From NCBI RefSeq assembly GCF_964355755.1, contig NC_092675.1:22726912-22790911 (forward strand): a DNA stretch of 64,000 nt, written 5' to 3'. The DNA comes from Antedon mediterranea (Eukaryota > Animalia > Echinodermata). The notes under the pieces are model-generated. The model saw only the letters and a list, made by a program, of their open reading frames with translations. It did not search any database and was not told the origin of the DNA. Below, piece after piece: positions 62,440 through 64,000 of the stretch (positions are counted from its first letter, which is position 1; each line of letters begins with the position of its first letter). The position numbers were made by a program, and so were the translations under genes.

Positions 62440-62645
62440 TCTTACGGTTAACTATTGAATAAAATAATAGGCATATGATTTTTTAAAATGCATGTGTTTT
62501 CCTGTGTTTACATCATCTTTGACGTTAAATAGCGCCCCCTCCTATCGTACTCTGTTATGTGAAAAAATTGTGAACGATTTGTTGTTGTTGATGATGATCC
62601 TTCGTCAAACCCTATTTATTTCACCTTTTGATAATTTTAAACATG

Positions 62646-62717
62646 TGGCTCGTCCGGGAATTGAACTCGGGGCCTCTGGCACCCAAAGCGAGTATCATGC
62701 CAGTAGACCAACGAGCC
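62646..62717 (-). tRNA. tRNA-Pro(TGG), diverged edge copy (probable pseudogene)
   Basis: Full length, but with substitutions in the D loop, anticodon stem and T stem relative to the intact copies. Confidence 0.6.
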
Positions 62718-62868
62718 AATATATTATAAAGCGAAAGGATATGGAAATTACTGGTCTGTGCAGAGTTTAATACATTAGAATATACTGTGTTATCAATGCT
62801 CATTCGTCAAACGTTATTTAGGCCTATTTCACTTTTTTGGTTAATTAATTATAAAATCACGTAAACAA

Positions 62869-62931
62869 CGGGAATTGAACACGGGGCCTCTTGCACCAAA
62901 AGCGAGAATCATGCCACTAGACAAACGAGCC
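62869..62931 (-). pseudogene. Truncated, mutated tRNA-Pro copy
   Basis: Lacks the 3' acceptor strand; anticodon loop altered. Confidence 0.75.
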
Positions 62932-63035
62932 GATCTATCAGAATTAAAAAGGATATGGGAATTACTGGTCTGTGCCGAGTTTAATACATGTAGAATAAAT
63001 ACGTTTTTCAATTCTAATTCGTCAAACGTTACTTA

Positions 63036-63110
63036 CCTCTCGCACCCAAAGCGATGAACCCGGGGCCTCTCGCACCCAAAGCGAGAATCAAGCCACTAGA
63101 CCAACGAGCC
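63036..63110 (-). pseudogene. Rearranged tRNA-Pro fragment
   Basis: 3' end missing; internal duplication of the anticodon arm CCTCTCGCACCCAAAGCGA. Confidence 0.75.
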
Positions 63111-63260
63111 GATCTATCAGACTAAAAAAAGATATGGAAATTACTGGTCTGTGCCGAGTTGTTTAATACATGTCGAATAAATACGTTGTTCAATGCTCAT
63201 TCGTAAATCCTTACTTATTTAACTTTTTTGGTAAATTATTTAAAGATCACGTAAAAAACG

Positions 63261-63332
63261 GGGCTCGTCCGGGAATTGAACCCGGGGCCTCTCGCACCCA
63301 AAGCGAGAATCATGCCACTAGACCAACGAGCC
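63261..63332 (-). tRNA. tRNA-Pro(TGG)
   Basis: GGCTCGTTGGTCTAGTGGCATGATTCTCGCTT-TGG-GTGCGAGAGGCCCCGGGTTCAATTCCCGGACGAGCCC; intact cloverleaf followed by a T6 terminator. Confidence 0.95.
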
Positions 63333-63485
63333 GATCTATCAGAACCAAAAAGGATATGGAAATTACTGGTCTGTGCCGAGTTTAATACATGTAGAATAAA
63401 TACGTTGTTCAATGCTAATTCTTCAAACGTAACTTACGGTAATTCACTTTTTTTGGTAAATTATCTAAAAATCACGTAAAAATCA

Positions 63486-63557
63486 GGGCTCGTCCGGGAA
63501 TTGAACCCGGGGCCTCTCGCACCCAAAGCGAGAATCATGCCACTAGACCAACGAGCC
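63486..63557 (-). tRNA. tRNA-Pro(TGG)
   Basis: Identical 72-nt intact copy with a downstream T-run. Confidence 0.95.
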
Positions 63558-63704
63558 CATCTATCCGAATCAAAAAGGATATGGAAATTACTGGTCTGTG
63601 CCGAGTTTAATACATGTAGAATAAATACGTTGTTCAATGCTAATTCGTCAAACATCACTTATTTCACTTTTTTGATAAATTATCTAAAAATCACGTAAAA
63701 AACG

Positions 63705-63776
63705 GGGCTCGTCCGGGAATTGAACCCGGGGCCTCTCACACCCAAAGCGAGAATCATGCCACTAGACCAACGAGCC
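63705..63776 (-). tRNA. tRNA-Pro(TGG)
   Basis: One substitution giving a G-U pair in the anticodon stem, otherwise intact; T6 terminator. Confidence 0.9.
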
Positions 63777-63928
63777 GACCTTATCAGAATCAAAATAGGA
63801 TATAGAAATTACTGGTCTGTGCCGAGTTGTTTAATACATGTCGAATAAATACGTTGTTCAATGCTCATTCGTAAAACCTTACTTATTTCAGTTTTTTGGT
63901 AAATTATTGAAAAATCACTTAAAAAAAG

Positions 63929-64000
63929 GGGCTCGTCCGGGAATTAAATCCGGGGCCTCTCGCACCCAAAGCGAGAATCATGCCACTAGACCAACGAGCC
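63929..64000 (-). tRNA. tRNA-Pro(TGG) with mutated B-box/T-arm (possibly non-functional)
   Basis: GGATTTAATTCC in place of GGGTTCAATTCC. Confidence 0.7.

Larger units (their letters stand above)
62646..64000 (-). repeat. Tandem array of about 220-bp units, each carrying tRNA-Pro(TGG); reaches the window end
   Basis: Seven tRNA copies or fragments separated by a conserved spacer (GATATGGAAATTACTGGTCTGTGCCGAGTT...). Confidence 0.95.

Noticed and set aside
62492-63698. Repeated short ORFs (MNPGPLAPKAR...)
   Set aside because: These are incidental translations of the tRNA-Pro tandem units, on both strands.

Overview
AT-rich, intron-containing animal DNA. The TAGGCCTA-rich low-complexity tracts and SINE/MITE repertoire suggest a marine invertebrate, possibly an echinoderm (inference). 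I reconstructed five protein-coding genes by hand. (1) A 13-exon class II xylose isomerase (minus, 9278-22160) whose exon 4 is split at the catalytic FHD motif by a 2.36-kb TIR transposon with a perfect target-site duplication. (2) Head-to-head with it, a 4-exon TIR-SAM-TIR-TIR protein (22655-27642). (3) An intronless kinase-only TKL/MAP3K (30635-31510). (4) A 6-exon SLC16/MCT transporter (41365-47061). (5) A 14-exon ELP3 (minus, 50999-62439) with a U12-type intron. About 200 bp upstream of the ELP3 start, on the same strand, a tandem array of tRNA-Pro(UGG) genes begins and runs to the window end; this tRNA is an Elongator substrate in yeast. The rest contains a 25-bp intronic satellite (source of the spurious His/Cys-rich ORFs), a Helitron with a nested foldback element, many MITEs, tRNA- and 5S-derived SINEs, LINE relics and Penelope-type minimal hammerhead ribozyme motifs. 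All coordinates were read by eye and no database searches were run.
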